A stretch of 64,000 nt of DNA from Fibrobacter sp. (GTDB lineage: Bacteria > Fibrobacterota > Fibrobacteria > Fibrobacterales > Fibrobacteraceae), in assembly GCA_017615055.1 (NCBI GenBank), contig JAGAAW010000133.1:2463-66462 (forward strand), in the 5' to 3' direction. The notes below the pieces were generated by a model. It was not told the origin of the DNA. It saw only the letters and a list, made by a program, of their open reading frames with translations, and did not search any database. A program made the translations under genes and the position numbers. Positions 31,860 to 41,894 of this stretch are shown here, one piece after another; position 1 is the first letter of the stretch; each line of letters opens with the position of its first letter.

Positions 31860-32861
31860 TCATGTAAGGTGAGACGGCGGGGTGCCAGCGCTGTTGCGGA
31901 TGGCGGCCTGCTTCCTTTCCACAATCTGGTCGGCGATAGCGCGGGCCTTCTCGGTCAGCCACAGCCAGGACTGACTCGCCGGCTCGTAATCCGCCTCGCC
32001 GAACATCTGCACGCGATGGGCATGCCGGAGCGCCTCCACCTGGCGGAAGGCCTTCACGTCACCCTTCGGGTACACCGCAAAGGTCGAGCCACCGTTGTAG
32101 TTCAAAATACTGAACGCGGGCACGTCACTCGGGCCGTCGGCAATGTAGACCATGTTCTCGAAGGGTACCCGGCGGCTCTCGCGCGCAATCGTGGAATTCA
32201 CGTCAATCGTATCGGGGTACTTGTTGCTCCCCTTGTTGATCTCGAAAAGGTAGCGGGTCTTGCTCGTGTTGTCGAGGGCACAGGCAACCTGGGAAATCTC
32301 GGGGCCCGTAGCAAGCCCGAGTTCCGCCTCCGCAGAAGAGGACTTCAGGCCGGTAGCACCATCGGGCATATCGAGGAATCCGGGCTGCAGTACATCCTCG
32401 ATAAACTCGCACCCGAAAATACCGTCCACGTAGGGCGCGATGGCGCTCCCGCGAATCGTCTCCGCAAACCCGGTACTGACAACGTAATGTTCCAGACGGA
32501 TATCGAATGCCTTGTACTTCGGGTTTTCATCGATAAGCTTCTTGATTTCACCAAAGAACTGCGGCAAGCCCGGATAGAACACGAGTTCCTTGCCGAACTC
32601 ACGTAATAGTTTGTTCGAAAGCCCCTTGAAGAGCCCCGCCTTCACGTAGGTCAGGATATGGTTCAGGTAGCTGGTATCGGAATTCACCGAGATGCCCTGT
32701 GCCGCATAGCGGGCCTTGAGCGCATTAACCTCGGCCCAGAAAGTACGGCCATCCACGCCAAAATGGCGGAAGAGTGGTTCCTGCATGTACGAACTGATGA
32801 GGGTCTTGTCGCAGTCCCACACCATCGCGATGATATTCTGTTCAAACGGCGCCTGTTTCAT
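31860..32861 (-). CDS. HAD-like hydrolase
   Basis: WDCDKTL (DxD), YVVSTG, MVYIADGPSDVP. Confidence 0.8.
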   Translation of the reverse strand: MKQAPFEQNIIAMVWDCDKTLISSYMQEPLFRHFGVDGRTFWAEVNALKARYAAQGISVNSDTSYLNHILTYVKAGLFKGLSNKLLREFGKELVFYPGLPQFFGEIKKLIDENPKYKAFDIRLEHYVVSTGFAETIRGSAIAPYVDGIFGCEFIEDVLQPGFLDMPDGATGLKSSSAEAELGLATGPEISQVACALDNTSKTRYLFEINKGSNKYPDTIDVNSTIARESRRVPFENMVYIADGPSDVPAFSILNYNGGSTFAVYPKGDVKAFRQVEALRHAHRVQMFGEADYEPASQSWLWLTEKARAIADQIVERKQAAIRNSAGTPPSHLT

Positions 32862-32869
32862 AATAAACC

Positions 32870-33020
32870 TCTCGTAACCCGCAATAAATTTCTCAATCCC
32901 GCAATAAACTTCTCGTAACCCGCAACCTAATCATCCATCATCAATCATCCATTATCCATCAACAAACTTCCCGCAACCCGAATCCTAATCATCCATCATC
33001 AATTATCAATCATCAATCAT
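32870..33020. repeat. Compound intergenic repeat: three ~20-nt units plus TCATC(C/A)A heptamer arrays in two related blocks
   Basis: tctcgtaacccgcaataaa-like units; cctaatcatccatcatcaat occurs twice. Confidence 0.75.
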
Positions 33021-33847
33021 TTCGTAATAAAGTAGTCCTCGGGATTCACGGGCACGCCGTCAACGCGGATCTCGTAATGCAGGCCCACGCCGGATTCTCG
33101 CCCGCTCTCGTTCACGGTCGCAATCGGGTCGCCGCGCCGTACCACGTCGCCCTCGTGCACCAGGGAATGCCCCAGGTGCGCGTAGAACGTGCGGATGCGC
33201 GGCAGGTGGCTAATCTTCACCGAAAGCCCGAAACCGCGGTGCGAACGCACCTCCATCACCACGCCCGCACCTGTCGCATAAACTGTGTCATCTACGTCGG
33301 CGACGTAATCAATGCCCCTGTGCGGCAGGTCAATCTCGGTAAACGGATCGCGGATCATCTCGAAACGGTTCCTGACCGCGTGCCCGTTCTTGAGCGGGTG
33401 AATCACGGGCAGCGACGCCGCAAGCGCCGAGTCACCCTCGATGCCCTTCAGGAGCCTCTTGAAACTACCCTCGATCTCGCGCAGGCTCTTGCGGGAAGAA
33501 AACGGCACCGATTCTTCGCCGAAGGCATCGTCCAGCGCAAACCCGAGCCCGCTCAGCTTCATGGTGCTGTCGCGCAGGAGCTTTGTCTCCTCTGCCTTGA
33601 GGATGGATTCGTCCACCGTCTCGCGGATACCCTTGATCTCTTCCTTGATGGCCTTGTTCTGCCGGTATACCGAAACGATGTCGTCTGTTGTTAAGTTGTC
33701 TATAATCTGCGTCGGGGAGAAAAGGATAAATCCGACTGCCGCGAGCAGTATGGCCACGGGCACCAGAAGTATGCGCCAGAAGGATAGCCGGAAGTTCTTG
33801 CTGCCGGACGTCCTTTCGGTAAAAACGTGTACTTCGAGCTTGCGCAC
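33017..33847 (-). CDS. M23 family metallopeptidase
   Basis: HRGIDY, TFYAHL, GLHYEIRVDGVPVNP; N-terminal TM. Confidence 0.9.
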   Translation of the reverse strand: MRKLEVHVFTERTSGSKNFRLSFWRILLVPVAILLAAVGFILFSPTQIIDNLTTDDIVSVYRQNKAIKEEIKGIRETVDESILKAEETKLLRDSTMKLSGLGFALDDAFGEESVPFSSRKSLREIEGSFKRLLKGIEGDSALAASLPVIHPLKNGHAVRNRFEMIRDPFTEIDLPHRGIDYVADVDDTVYATGAGVVMEVRSHRGFGLSVKISHLPRIRTFYAHLGHSLVHEGDVVRRGDPIATVNESGRESGVGLHYEIRVDGVPVNPEDYFITK

Positions 33848-33850
33848 GGG

Positions 33851-34117
33851 CTAGCGGTCCCCTCCGGCAATCTTTGCCTCGAGGTCTTCGATGCGCCGTT
33901 TGGTCTCCTCGATATCGCCGATGAGTTCCACGACGGACGGGTCGTCCTTGATGGTGTTCAGGAGGTCGCCCTGGACCGCCTTGTAGAGCTTCTGGCCGAG
34001 GGTCTGGAACTTGGTTTTGAGCTTACTTTCTTCGCTTGCCAGTTCAACCCTGCTCAGTGCGGTGCCGGCAACCCCCAGCGCCTTGCTTTTTATCTTGTTT
34101 AGAGCCGTTCCGTTCAT
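33851..34117 (-). CDS. Small coiled-coil hypothetical protein
   Basis: ATG 34117 with GAGGT RBS (ORF-track extension to 34252 unlikely); core codon usage. Confidence 0.7.
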   Translation of the reverse strand: MNGTALNKIKSKALGVAGTALSRVELASEESKLKTKFQTLGQKLYKAVQGDLLNTIKDDPSVVELIGDIEETKRRIEDLEAKIAGGDR

Positions 34118-34184
34118 AAATCTTACCTCGCTCGGCCTTAAAAAATAGTAGTTTTTCCATTGTAAAAAACAATGGAGACATAAC

Positions 34185-34337
34185 ATGAGCCGAAGCGAAC
34201 GCAGACGCGCTAAGCAGAACGTCAAAAATTTTACGCCAAAGAAAAAGAACACCCTGAATAAATGGGTTATCGTGGCTATTGGAACTATCGCTGTCGTATT
34301 CTTCGTGGGTACGATGCTTATTCAGAGAGGTGCCTAA
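34185..34337 (+). CDS. Small single-TM membrane protein (50 aa), below ORF-track cutoff
   Basis: MSRSERRRAKQNVKNFTPKKKNTLNKWVIVAIGTIAVVFFVGTMLIQRGA*; GGAGA RBS; ends 3 nt before dnaN. Confidence 0.7.
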   Translation: MSRSERRRAKQNVKNFTPKKKNTLNKWVIVAIGTIAVVFFVGTMLIQRGA

Positions 34338-34340
34338 ACA

Positions 34341-35462
34341 ATGAAGTTCGTGATTGAAAAGAACGCTTTCCTGGATGTACTGCAGGCAGCCATCAACGCC
34401 GTCCCCAACAAGTCCACTATCCAGATTCTCAACAACTTCGCTCTGCGCCTGGAAGGCAACTTCCTCGAAGTGAGCGCGACCGACCTGAACCTCGGTATCA
34501 GGGTCAAGGTCGAAGTTCAGGGTGAACGCGACGGTTCCGTGGTCATCAACGCACGCAAGCTGCTTGACCTCGTGAAGAGCCTCGTAGACCCGAGCATCAC
34601 GAATGTCACCTTCGACGTGCAGGACTTCCTCGCCACCATCCAGTGGAGCGCGAAGGGCAAGGCCTCCATCAGCGGTATCGACGCGAGCGACTTCCCGCCG
34701 TTCCCCGAAGTCTCCGAAGGCGAATCCCTCAACTTTGCCGCAAGCGAACTCGCTTTCCTCGCCGAAAAGACGACCTTCGCCTGCTCGACCGACACTATCC
34801 GCCTCAACCTGAACGGCGTCTATCTTGAAGCCAAGGACGGCGTGATTTCCATGATTGCGACCGACGGTCACCGTCTGGGCCGTGCCTCCATCGAACAGGA
34901 AGGCGCAAACCTCACGAACGGCGCTATCATCCCGAAGAAGGCCCTCCAGCTTATCCTCCACATGGTGAAGCCCGATGCAACCGTCGAGGTCCGTACGTCT
35001 GCAACGCACATCCTCTTCAACACCGGTTCCACCCAGGTGATCTCGAAGCTCTTCGAAGGACCGTACCCCAACTACCGTGCGGTGATTCCGCAGAACTTCG
35101 AACGTACCGTCCAGATGAACACGGTCGAATTCCAGAACAAGATGCGCAGCGTGATTGCCATGGCGAACGTCCGTACCCACAAGGTGCGCCTGCAGATCGA
35201 TGGCAACAACATGGAACTCAGCGCAAGCGACCCGGATGTCGGTGGCGATTCCCGCGAAGCACTCGCAGTGACGCACAACGGCGAAGGCAACTTCAGCATC
35301 GGGTTCGATGGCCGCTACCTCTCCGAAATCTTCAGCATGTGCAAGAGCGAAGAAACCATCATGAAGATGAACAACCCCATCGGCGCCTGCATCATTGAAC
35401 CGGTAGGCGACAATCTCGGGTTCAGCTTCCTCCTGATGCCGACGCACCTGAACGACGACTAA
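34341..35462 (+). CDS. dnaN: DNA polymerase III beta sliding clamp
   Basis: ATDL, LNGVY, ATDGHRL, GPYPNYRAVIP, IGFDGRYL, LLMP; 373 aa. Confidence 0.95.
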   Translation: MKFVIEKNAFLDVLQAAINAVPNKSTIQILNNFALRLEGNFLEVSATDLNLGIRVKVEVQGERDGSVVINARKLLDLVKSLVDPSITNVTFDVQDFLATIQWSAKGKASISGIDASDFPPFPEVSEGESLNFAASELAFLAEKTTFACSTDTIRLNLNGVYLEAKDGVISMIATDGHRLGRASIEQEGANLTNGAIIPKKALQLILHMVKPDATVEVRTSATHILFNTGSTQVISKLFEGPYPNYRAVIPQNFERTVQMNTVEFQNKMRSVIAMANVRTHKVRLQIDGNNMELSASDPDVGGDSREALAVTHNGEGNFSIGFDGRYLSEIFSMCKSEETIMKMNNPIGACIIEPVGDNLGFSFLLMPTHLNDD

Positions 35463-35497
35463 TAATCGCGCTTTGAGCTGCGCGTTACAAACAAATT

Positions 35498-35527
35498 AAA
35501 AGACTCCGCCCGGCGGGGTCTTTTTTT
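35498..35527 (+). terminator. Intrinsic terminator
   Basis: agactccgc-ccg-gcggggtct + T-run. Confidence 0.75.
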
Positions 35528-35615
35528 CACCGGCGGCAACACTGCCGGCGTAATTTTACGGAGAATTATCATAAATGTCAAGCCCTTTTGCGGGAAAAAA
35601 GATTATTTTAAAATC

Positions 35616-36986
35616 ATGACATTGATGATAATCCAACTCCTGGTTGTGCTTCTTGCACTCTACGTGGGTTCCCGTTACGGGAGCCTCGCCCTCGGCGCCA
35701 TTTCGGGAATCGGCCTTGCCATCCTCGTACTCGGCTTCGGCCTACAGCCGGGCAAGCCGCCTACCGACGTTATCTACATCATCATCGCGGCGGTGACCTG
35801 CGCGGGCATATTGCAGGCATCGGGCGGCATGGATTGGCTAATCCAGATTGCGGAGAGGCTCCTGCGCAAGCACCCGAACCACATCACCATTTTGGCCCCG
35901 CTCTGCACGTTCTTCCTCACGGTTCTCGTGGGTACCGGCCACGTCGTGTACACCCTCATGCCGATTATCTGCGACATCTCGCTCAAGAAGGGAATCCGCC
36001 CGGAGCGCCCCTGCGGCGTGGCCTCGATTGCATCACAGGTCGGCATTACCTGCTCGCCGATTGCAGCCGCGGTCGCATCGTTCGTGATTATCTCGAACGC
36101 GAACGGGTTCAACATCAACAACCTGCAGGTCATCGCGATCACTATCCCCGCGTGCCTCTGCGGGCTCATGGCAGCAGCGCTTGTCTCGTACAGGCGCGGG
36201 CTCGACCTCGACAAGGACCCCGCTTTCCAGGCGCGCCTCAAGGACCCGCAGATGAAGGAATACATGTATGGAAGCACCGCCTCCGTGCTCGACAAGGAAG
36301 TTTCCAAGGAAGCGAAGCGCGCCGTGTTCATTTTCCTCGGCGCCCTCGCCGTCATCGTGTTCTTCTCCATCATGCAGATTGCAGGCCACGACATTCGCCC
36401 CAAATTCCCTACAGGTAAAGTAATCGACGGTATTGCCCAGGTCAAGCCACTCGCCATGAACATCATCATCCAGATCGTGATGATTGCCGCTGCCGCGTTC
36501 ATGATTATCTGTTGCAAGGCAAGCCCCAAGAAGGCCGTGGCAGGCGCCGTGTGGCAGAGCGGCATGGTGGCCGTTGTCGCCATCTACGGAATCGCGTGGC
36601 TCGCCGATACCTACTTCGCGAACTACCTCGGCGTGATGCAGGGCGGCCTCAAGGATATCGTGCAGCATTACCCGTGGGCCATCGCGTTCGCGTTCTTCGC
36701 GGTGAGCGTGCTCATCAACTCGCAAGGCGCGGTGGTGGTCGCCATGCTTCCGCTCGCCTACAGCCTCGGCATTCCGGGCCCGGTACTCCTGGGCGTACTC
36801 CCGAGCGTGTACGGGTATTTCTTCATCCCGAACTATCCCTCGGACATTGCGACCGTGAACTTCGACCGCTCGGGCACAACCGTCATCGGCAAGTACCTGC
36901 TGAACCACAGCTTTATGCGGCCGGGCCTCGTGAGCGTCGTCGTCTCGACAATCGTGGGTACACTGCTCGTGAAGTTGTTCTACTAG
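35616..36986 (+). CDS. Anaerobic C4-dicarboxylate transporter (DcuA/DcuB family)
   Basis: GTGHVVY, IRPERP, ASQVGITCSPI, PNYPSDIA, FDRSGTT-x-IGKY-x-LNHSF. Confidence 0.93.
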   Translation: MTLMIIQLLVVLLALYVGSRYGSLALGAISGIGLAILVLGFGLQPGKPPTDVIYIIIAAVTCAGILQASGGMDWLIQIAERLLRKHPNHITILAPLCTFFLTVLVGTGHVVYTLMPIICDISLKKGIRPERPCGVASIASQVGITCSPIAAAVASFVIISNANGFNINNLQVIAITIPACLCGLMAAALVSYRRGLDLDKDPAFQARLKDPQMKEYMYGSTASVLDKEVSKEAKRAVFIFLGALAVIVFFSIMQIAGHDIRPKFPTGKVIDGIAQVKPLAMNIIIQIVMIAAAAFMIICCKASPKKAVAGAVWQSGMVAVVAIYGIAWLADTYFANYLGVMQGGLKDIVQHYPWAIAFAFFAVSVLINSQGAVVVAMLPLAYSLGIPGPVLLGVLPSVYGYFFIPNYPSDIATVNFDRSGTTVIGKYLLNHSFMRPGLVSVVVSTIVGTLLVKLFY

Positions 36987-37025
36987 AATGTGCCCTACCA
37001 CCTATAATTTTATATTATAGAGGAA

Positions 37026-37748
37026 ATGGCAAACGCAATCCGCAAACGCATCAGCAAGAAGATTACCAAGGCACTGCACGACTTCAACCTGATTGAAGAC
37101 GGCGATAAGGTGCTTATTGCCGTAAGCGGGGGCAAAGATTCCAGCGTGCTGCTGATGGAACTTGCAAGCCGCATGGGAAAGTTCCTGCCCAACTGCGAAA
37201 TCGGGGCGATACACATCCAGAGTGACTTTGCGGACAAGGCCCCGCGGGAATTTTTGCAACGGATGGCAGCGCAGTACCCGCAGATACCGTTCTACTTCAA
37301 GGACGTCGCGGTGGAAGGCAGGCTCAAGGAAGGGCGCAACCTCAACTGCTACTGGTGCAGCACGCAGCGCCGCACCGAGCTCATCAAGTTCGCCCGCGAA
37401 AAGGGCTACAACAAGATTGCGCTCGGGCACCACATGGACGACATCGTAGAGACGCTCCTGATGAACATGCTGTACAAGGGAGAGTTCAGCGGCATGCCCC
37501 CAATGGTACCCTACGAAAAGTACCCGTGCAGCATTATACGCCCGCTATGCTACTGCGAGGAATCTGAGATTATCGAGTATGCGGAAGATGCGGGCATCCG
37601 CAAGTTCACCTGCACCTGCGAGTTCTCGAAGGCAAGCCACCGCAAGACCATACGCGAAGAAATCAAGAGCCTCACCAAGGGCAATTCTACCTTGAAGGCA
37701 AACCTGTTCGAAAGCATGCGGAACATCCGCATGGACTATTTGCTATAG
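37026..37748 (+). CDS. ttcA: tRNA 2-thiocytidine biosynthesis protein TtcA family
   Basis: PP-loop SGGKDS, CYWC, KIALGHHMDDIVET, IIRPL, CTC. Confidence 0.85.
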   Translation: MANAIRKRISKKITKALHDFNLIEDGDKVLIAVSGGKDSSVLLMELASRMGKFLPNCEIGAIHIQSDFADKAPREFLQRMAAQYPQIPFYFKDVAVEGRLKEGRNLNCYWCSTQRRTELIKFAREKGYNKIALGHHMDDIVETLLMNMLYKGEFSGMPPMVPYEKYPCSIIRPLCYCEESEIIEYAEDAGIRKFTCTCEFSKASHRKTIREEIKSLTKGNSTLKANLFESMRNIRMDYLL

Positions 37749-37780
37749 GCGCTTGCGGAGTTTATTCTACCGCGGGACAA

Positions 37781-38401
37781 TTACCGCGCCGCTTGTGCGG
37801 CCTTGACGCAGCGCACTGAACGGAAGTCCCCCTTGGGGAATGCGTTCATGCTCGTAGCCTTGCTGCTGAAATCAAGAAACAAATAATACGCAAGATCGTC
37901 AGGCGTCGTAGTCACGCTCCAGAAGTATGCGTAGCCGCCGATACCGTCGTACTTGCCGCCTTCCATTTCACCGTCATCGTTCTTCGTAACTGCGCCGCGG
38001 TAGCCTGCGGGTAGCGCATTGAAGCCGAGCGCGTCGGTGCCGTTCCCCTTCTTGAACCAACCGCCTGTGGACTTGAGGGATTCGCCCGCCTGTTCCGTGC
38101 CGCCGGAAGCTTCAATGAGATTTGCGAAATCGGCACTGTCAGGGAGACGCCAGCCTTCGGGGCATGATGTGCGTGCATCGTCCCAGGTATAGAGCCGTCC
38201 ATACTCGGAACACTTGCGGCTATCGCCCTCGGGGCACACGCTCCCCTCGGTTGCAAAATTCAGGTTCTCCGCAAACCAGGTCCGTTCCCCGATTTTCACA
38301 ATGTCATAACTCTGACCATCGCGCGGGTCGGTGAACGACTCGGAGCAGGCGATAAACAGCGCCGACACGAAAATGCAAAGCAGGAATAAAAAACGGCGCA
38401 T
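37781..38401 (-). CDS. Fib_succ_major (FISUMP) domain lipoprotein
   Basis: FIAC lipobox; FTDPRDGQSY, WFAENLN, YGRLYTW, CPEGWRLP, GFNALPAG, SVRCVK. Confidence 0.92.
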   Translation of the reverse strand: MRRFLFLLCIFVSALFIACSESFTDPRDGQSYDIVKIGERTWFAENLNFATEGSVCPEGDSRKCSEYGRLYTWDDARTSCPEGWRLPDSADFANLIEASGGTEQAGESLKSTGGWFKKGNGTDALGFNALPAGYRGAVTKNDDGEMEGGKYDGIGGYAYFWSVTTTPDDLAYYLFLDFSSKATSMNAFPKGDFRSVRCVKAAQAAR

Positions 38402-38402
38402 G

Positions 38403-39338
38403 CTACTCCTTCACGAATTCATCCAATTCCCAGATATTCCTGATCATGCCGGCATTCTCGCCACACAGCATCATGCTGCCCTTTATCAGTTTCGAGAAAT
38501 CGAACGGCGTTCTCTGCTCGCCGGGCATCAACTGAATCGGCTTATCAAGTCCTTCAACACGTTCGTACCTGCCGGGCTCCGGAGAGTAAAGCACCTTACA
38601 TTCTACGGGCTCGGGCAGTTTTACGTTCGAACGCACCAGGTTGCTATCCGGCACAAACTCGATCGTAAAGTAGTCGTCACGGGTCCACTTTGCCATTTCC
38701 TTAAAAAGTGCGTACATCCCCGGAGAATCAAAGAAGTAGCCGCCCATGACACTCTCGCTCCTGCATCTTCCATCCTTCTTATAGAACAGGTGTTCTATGT
38801 TCGAATCCACCAGCATATAATTATTTTTTTCCACCTTCGTCGTCTCAGGAGTGAAAGCCTCCATCTTGTCCAACATCTTTAGGAACATCGCCGTATCCGC
38901 AACGGAATCCACCACCACCTTTTTCCACCGCATGGCATGATTGTAGGGGTCTTCACCCATTTTCATGTAATCCTTCCAGTAGCCTATCGTGCGCTGCACA
39001 AACCACGTCGAATCGCGCGCAATACGCTCTAGCCTTACGGAGAATTCCGTCTTGCCAAACCCGCTACCCTCCATGGAATACTCGATAAAGTCACCGCCAT
39101 TGCACATGGTCGTGACCGCTTCGCGGATAAACCGGTCCTTATCTGACGACTGGGGCCTTGAATAATTCGGGATGATGTGCAACAGGTTCTCGAAACTTGC
39201 AATAACCAGCACGGAATCTGGCGGGCCCTTCGGGGGCGGCTGCGTAGTTTCTCCTTTCTTGACCGTAGCGGGCTCGCTGCCGGCACAGCATAGCAGGAGC
39301 ATCGCAAAGAAAGGTACAAGAAGGGTGCGCAGGTTCAT
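38403..39338 (-). CDS. Hypothetical exported protein/lipoprotein
   Basis: N-terminal hydrophobic stretch ending LLCC; coupled to FISUMP gene. Confidence 0.65.
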   Translation of the reverse strand: MNLRTLLVPFFAMLLLCCAGSEPATVKKGETTQPPPKGPPDSVLVIASFENLLHIIPNYSRPQSSDKDRFIREAVTTMCNGGDFIEYSMEGSGFGKTEFSVRLERIARDSTWFVQRTIGYWKDYMKMGEDPYNHAMRWKKVVVDSVADTAMFLKMLDKMEAFTPETTKVEKNNYMLVDSNIEHLFYKKDGRCRSESVMGGYFFDSPGMYALFKEMAKWTRDDYFTIEFVPDSNLVRSNVKLPEPVECKVLYSPEPGRYERVEGLDKPIQLMPGEQRTPFDFSKLIKGSMMLCGENAGMIRNIWELDEFVKE

Positions 39339-39502
39339 GCTCTGAAAATACTTCTTTTTGCAAAAGGCGTCAATGCGAATAGTTCCTGTTTCCTGCGCGA
39401 ACCAGAAATTGCGTTTTTAGGGAGCGTAAAACGAGCGCTAAGGTTGTATATTTAACTTGAAAATATTTAACTACCCTTTATCCGACCCCAAGGCGGTACC
39501 CT

Positions 39503-41251
39503 ATGCTGATGGAAAAGATTGCATCCCCTGCAGATGTGAAGAAGATGGACACGGAAAGCCTCAAAGCGCTCGCAGGCGAAATCCGCACGGCGCTTTTGAA
39601 CAAGATTTCCAAGTGCGGCGGGCACCTGTCGCCGAACTTGGGCTTTGTCGATGCGACCATCGCACTGCACTATGTTTTTGAATCGCCCAAGGACAAGATT
39701 GTCTACGATGTCAGCCACCAGAGCTACACGCACAAGATTCTCACAGGCCGCGCCGAAGCGTTCCTGAATCCGGACAAGTACTGGAGCGTCACGGGCTACA
39801 CCGAACCCTGCGAGAGCGAGCATGACCATTTTATGATTGGACACACCTCGACCTCGGTAAGCCTTGCGCTCGGGCTTGCAACCGCCCGCGACATCAAGGG
39901 CGAAAAGGGCAATGTAATCGCCGTCATCGGTGACGGCTCGCTCAGCGGCGGCGAAGCATTTGAGGGCCTGGACAATGCGGGCGAATACGCAACGAACTTT
40001 ATCGTGGTGGTGAACGACAACGAGATGTCCATCGCCGAGAACCACGGCGGGCTCTACGCCAGCCTCGCGGAACTGCGTGCCACGCAGGGCAAGAGCGAGA
40101 ACAACTATTTCAAGAGCCTCGGGTTCGATTACCTCTACGTGGAGCAAGGCAACGACATCGAATCGCTCATTGCGGCTTTCAAACAGGTGAAGGATTCGAC
40201 CAAGCCAGTCGTCGTTCACATCCACACGCTCAAGGGCAAGGGCTACAGCTTTGCCGAAAACGCGAAGGAAGGTTTCCATTGGGCGGCACCGTTCGACATT
40301 CCTACGGGTGTCGTAAACTGGGGCAACGGAGAATCTTACGGCGGCATCCTCGGTGACTACCTGATGAAGAAAATCAAGGCCGACCCGAAGGTGGTCGTAA
40401 TCCACTCCGCCGTACCCGCGGGCATCGGATTCTTTGCCGACCGGCGCAAGGAAGCGGGCAAGCAGTTTATCGACGTAGGTATCGCCGAAGAACACGCGGT
40501 GGCGCTTGCTTCGGGACTCGCGAAGGGCGGCGCCAAACCCGTGTACAGCACGCACGGAACGTTTATCCAGCGCACGTACGACCAGCTTTCGCAGGACCTT
40601 TGCGCGAACAACAACCCGGCCACATTGCTGATTACCATGTCGGGTGCCGACGGCATGAACGACACCACGCACCTCTGCATTTTCGATATCCCGATGATGA
40701 GCAACATTCCGAACCTGGTGTACCTCTGCCCCACCTGCGTGGAGGAAGCGATTGCCATGATGGACTATGCGATCGACCAGACGGAACACCCGATGGCCAT
40801 CCGCATTCCGAACGGAGTTGCTCACAGGAATGTCGCGTTCGACAAGGATTACTCCAGGCTGAACACGTTCAAGATAGACAAGCGCGGAAGCAAGGTGGCA
40901 CTCATCGGCCTTGGCAGCTACTATGCCCTCGCCGAAGAAGCAGCGGCGGAACTCGCAAAATCGGGAATCGACGCAACGGTTATCAACCCGCGCTTTGCCA
41001 CGGGCGTCGACTGCGAGGTATTGGATGGGCTTTGCGCAGACCACCAAGTAGTCGTTACTTTGGAAAACGGCGTAGTGGACGGAGGCTTTGGCGAAAAGGT
41101 TGCGCGGTACTACGGCACATGCGACATGAAGGTGCTCGTGAAGGGTCTCAAGAAAGAATTCTACGACAAGGTGCCCTACGGCGAACTCATGGAGCGCAAC
41201 CGCCTCACACCCGCGCAAATTGCAGAAGACGTGCTGGCCGCGCTGAAATAG
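39503..41251 (+). CDS. dxs: 1-deoxy-D-xylulose-5-phosphate synthase
   Basis: GGHLSPNLG, DVSHQSY-x-HKILTGR, TPP motif GDGSLSGG...NDNEMSI, DVGIAEEHA, FIQRTYDQ. Confidence 0.93.
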   Translation: MLMEKIASPADVKKMDTESLKALAGEIRTALLNKISKCGGHLSPNLGFVDATIALHYVFESPKDKIVYDVSHQSYTHKILTGRAEAFLNPDKYWSVTGYTEPCESEHDHFMIGHTSTSVSLALGLATARDIKGEKGNVIAVIGDGSLSGGEAFEGLDNAGEYATNFIVVVNDNEMSIAENHGGLYASLAELRATQGKSENNYFKSLGFDYLYVEQGNDIESLIAAFKQVKDSTKPVVVHIHTLKGKGYSFAENAKEGFHWAAPFDIPTGVVNWGNGESYGGILGDYLMKKIKADPKVVVIHSAVPAGIGFFADRRKEAGKQFIDVGIAEEHAVALASGLAKGGAKPVYSTHGTFIQRTYDQLSQDLCANNNPATLLITMSGADGMNDTTHLCIFDIPMMSNIPNLVYLCPTCVEEAIAMMDYAIDQTEHPMAIRIPNGVAHRNVAFDKDYSRLNTFKIDKRGSKVALIGLGSYYALAEEAAAELAKSGIDATVINPRFATGVDCEVLDGLCADHQVVVTLENGVVDGGFGEKVARYYGTCDMKVLVKGLKKEFYDKVPYGELMERNRLTPAQIAEDVLAALK

Positions 41252-41393
41252 CGCGAAAAGTCACCATAAATACACTCCGCACCAAAATTTCGTGAAATAC
41301 ATCACTCCCGCTCGGGGCAACTAAAAAAATTGTCCCCGCGCGGGTTTCATGGTATATATTACTTCTGTCAAAAAAATTTCAAGGAGTATTACA

Positions 41394-41807
41394 ATGAAAA
41401 AAATGTTCCTCGCAGCCGTTATCGGCGCAAGTGCACTCTTCACCGCATGTGGCGACGATTCTTCTTCATCCCCCAATACGGATACCCAAGACGTAGAAAA
41501 GAAGGACGGCGACACCCCTTCTAGCGGCGATTGCTTCACTTTGCCGGAACCGAATCAAACATCATATCAGGGTTGCTGGTACACCTCTGATGCAACGTCC
41601 GTGACCGAGTTCGAAGTAACAGCCGTCGGTGTGATTACCAGGACATGGACCGTTGATGACGGGAAGGTTATAAAGACCACGGACTATAATGATGGCAACC
41701 CGCCGATGGTTGACGAAGAATCCAGCATGAGTTCTCTAGACGATGCCCTGAATGAAGAAAAGGATGGCACCTGCAAAAAGATAAAAACCGCAATGTGCGA
41801 AGAATAG
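41394..41807 (+). CDS. Hypothetical lipoprotein
   Basis: MKKMFLAAV...FTACGDDSSSS lipobox; AAGGAG RBS. Confidence 0.8.
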   Translation: MKKMFLAAVIGASALFTACGDDSSSSPNTDTQDVEKKDGDTPSSGDCFTLPEPNQTSYQGCWYTSDATSVTEFEVTAVGVITRTWTVDDGKVIKTTDYNDGNPPMVDEESSMSSLDDALNEEKDGTCKKIKTAMCEE

Positions 41808-41816
41808 TAACTGAAG

Positions 41817-41841
41817 TCCGGCCGCAAGGCCGGATTTTTTT
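41817..41841 (+). terminator. Intrinsic terminator
   Basis: tccggcc-gcaa-ggccgga + T-run. Confidence 0.8.
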
Positions 41842-41894
41842 ACCCTATTTTTCGGCAGTTAGATTTTTGATTTAAAAGAATATATATTACAAGT

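Noticed and set aside
34118-34340. oriC next to dnaN
   Set aside because: No TTATCCACA-type DnaA box cluster seen and no dnaA; most of the interval is a small ORF
324-41295. Long antisense or alternate-frame ORFs (e.g. 324-1718+, 2247-3227-, 16767-18095-, 19166-20644+, 28697-31561+, 34044-35447-, 39467-41218-)
   Set aside because: They shadow well-identified genes; high-GC codon bias removes stops on the opposite strand; no recognisable motifs
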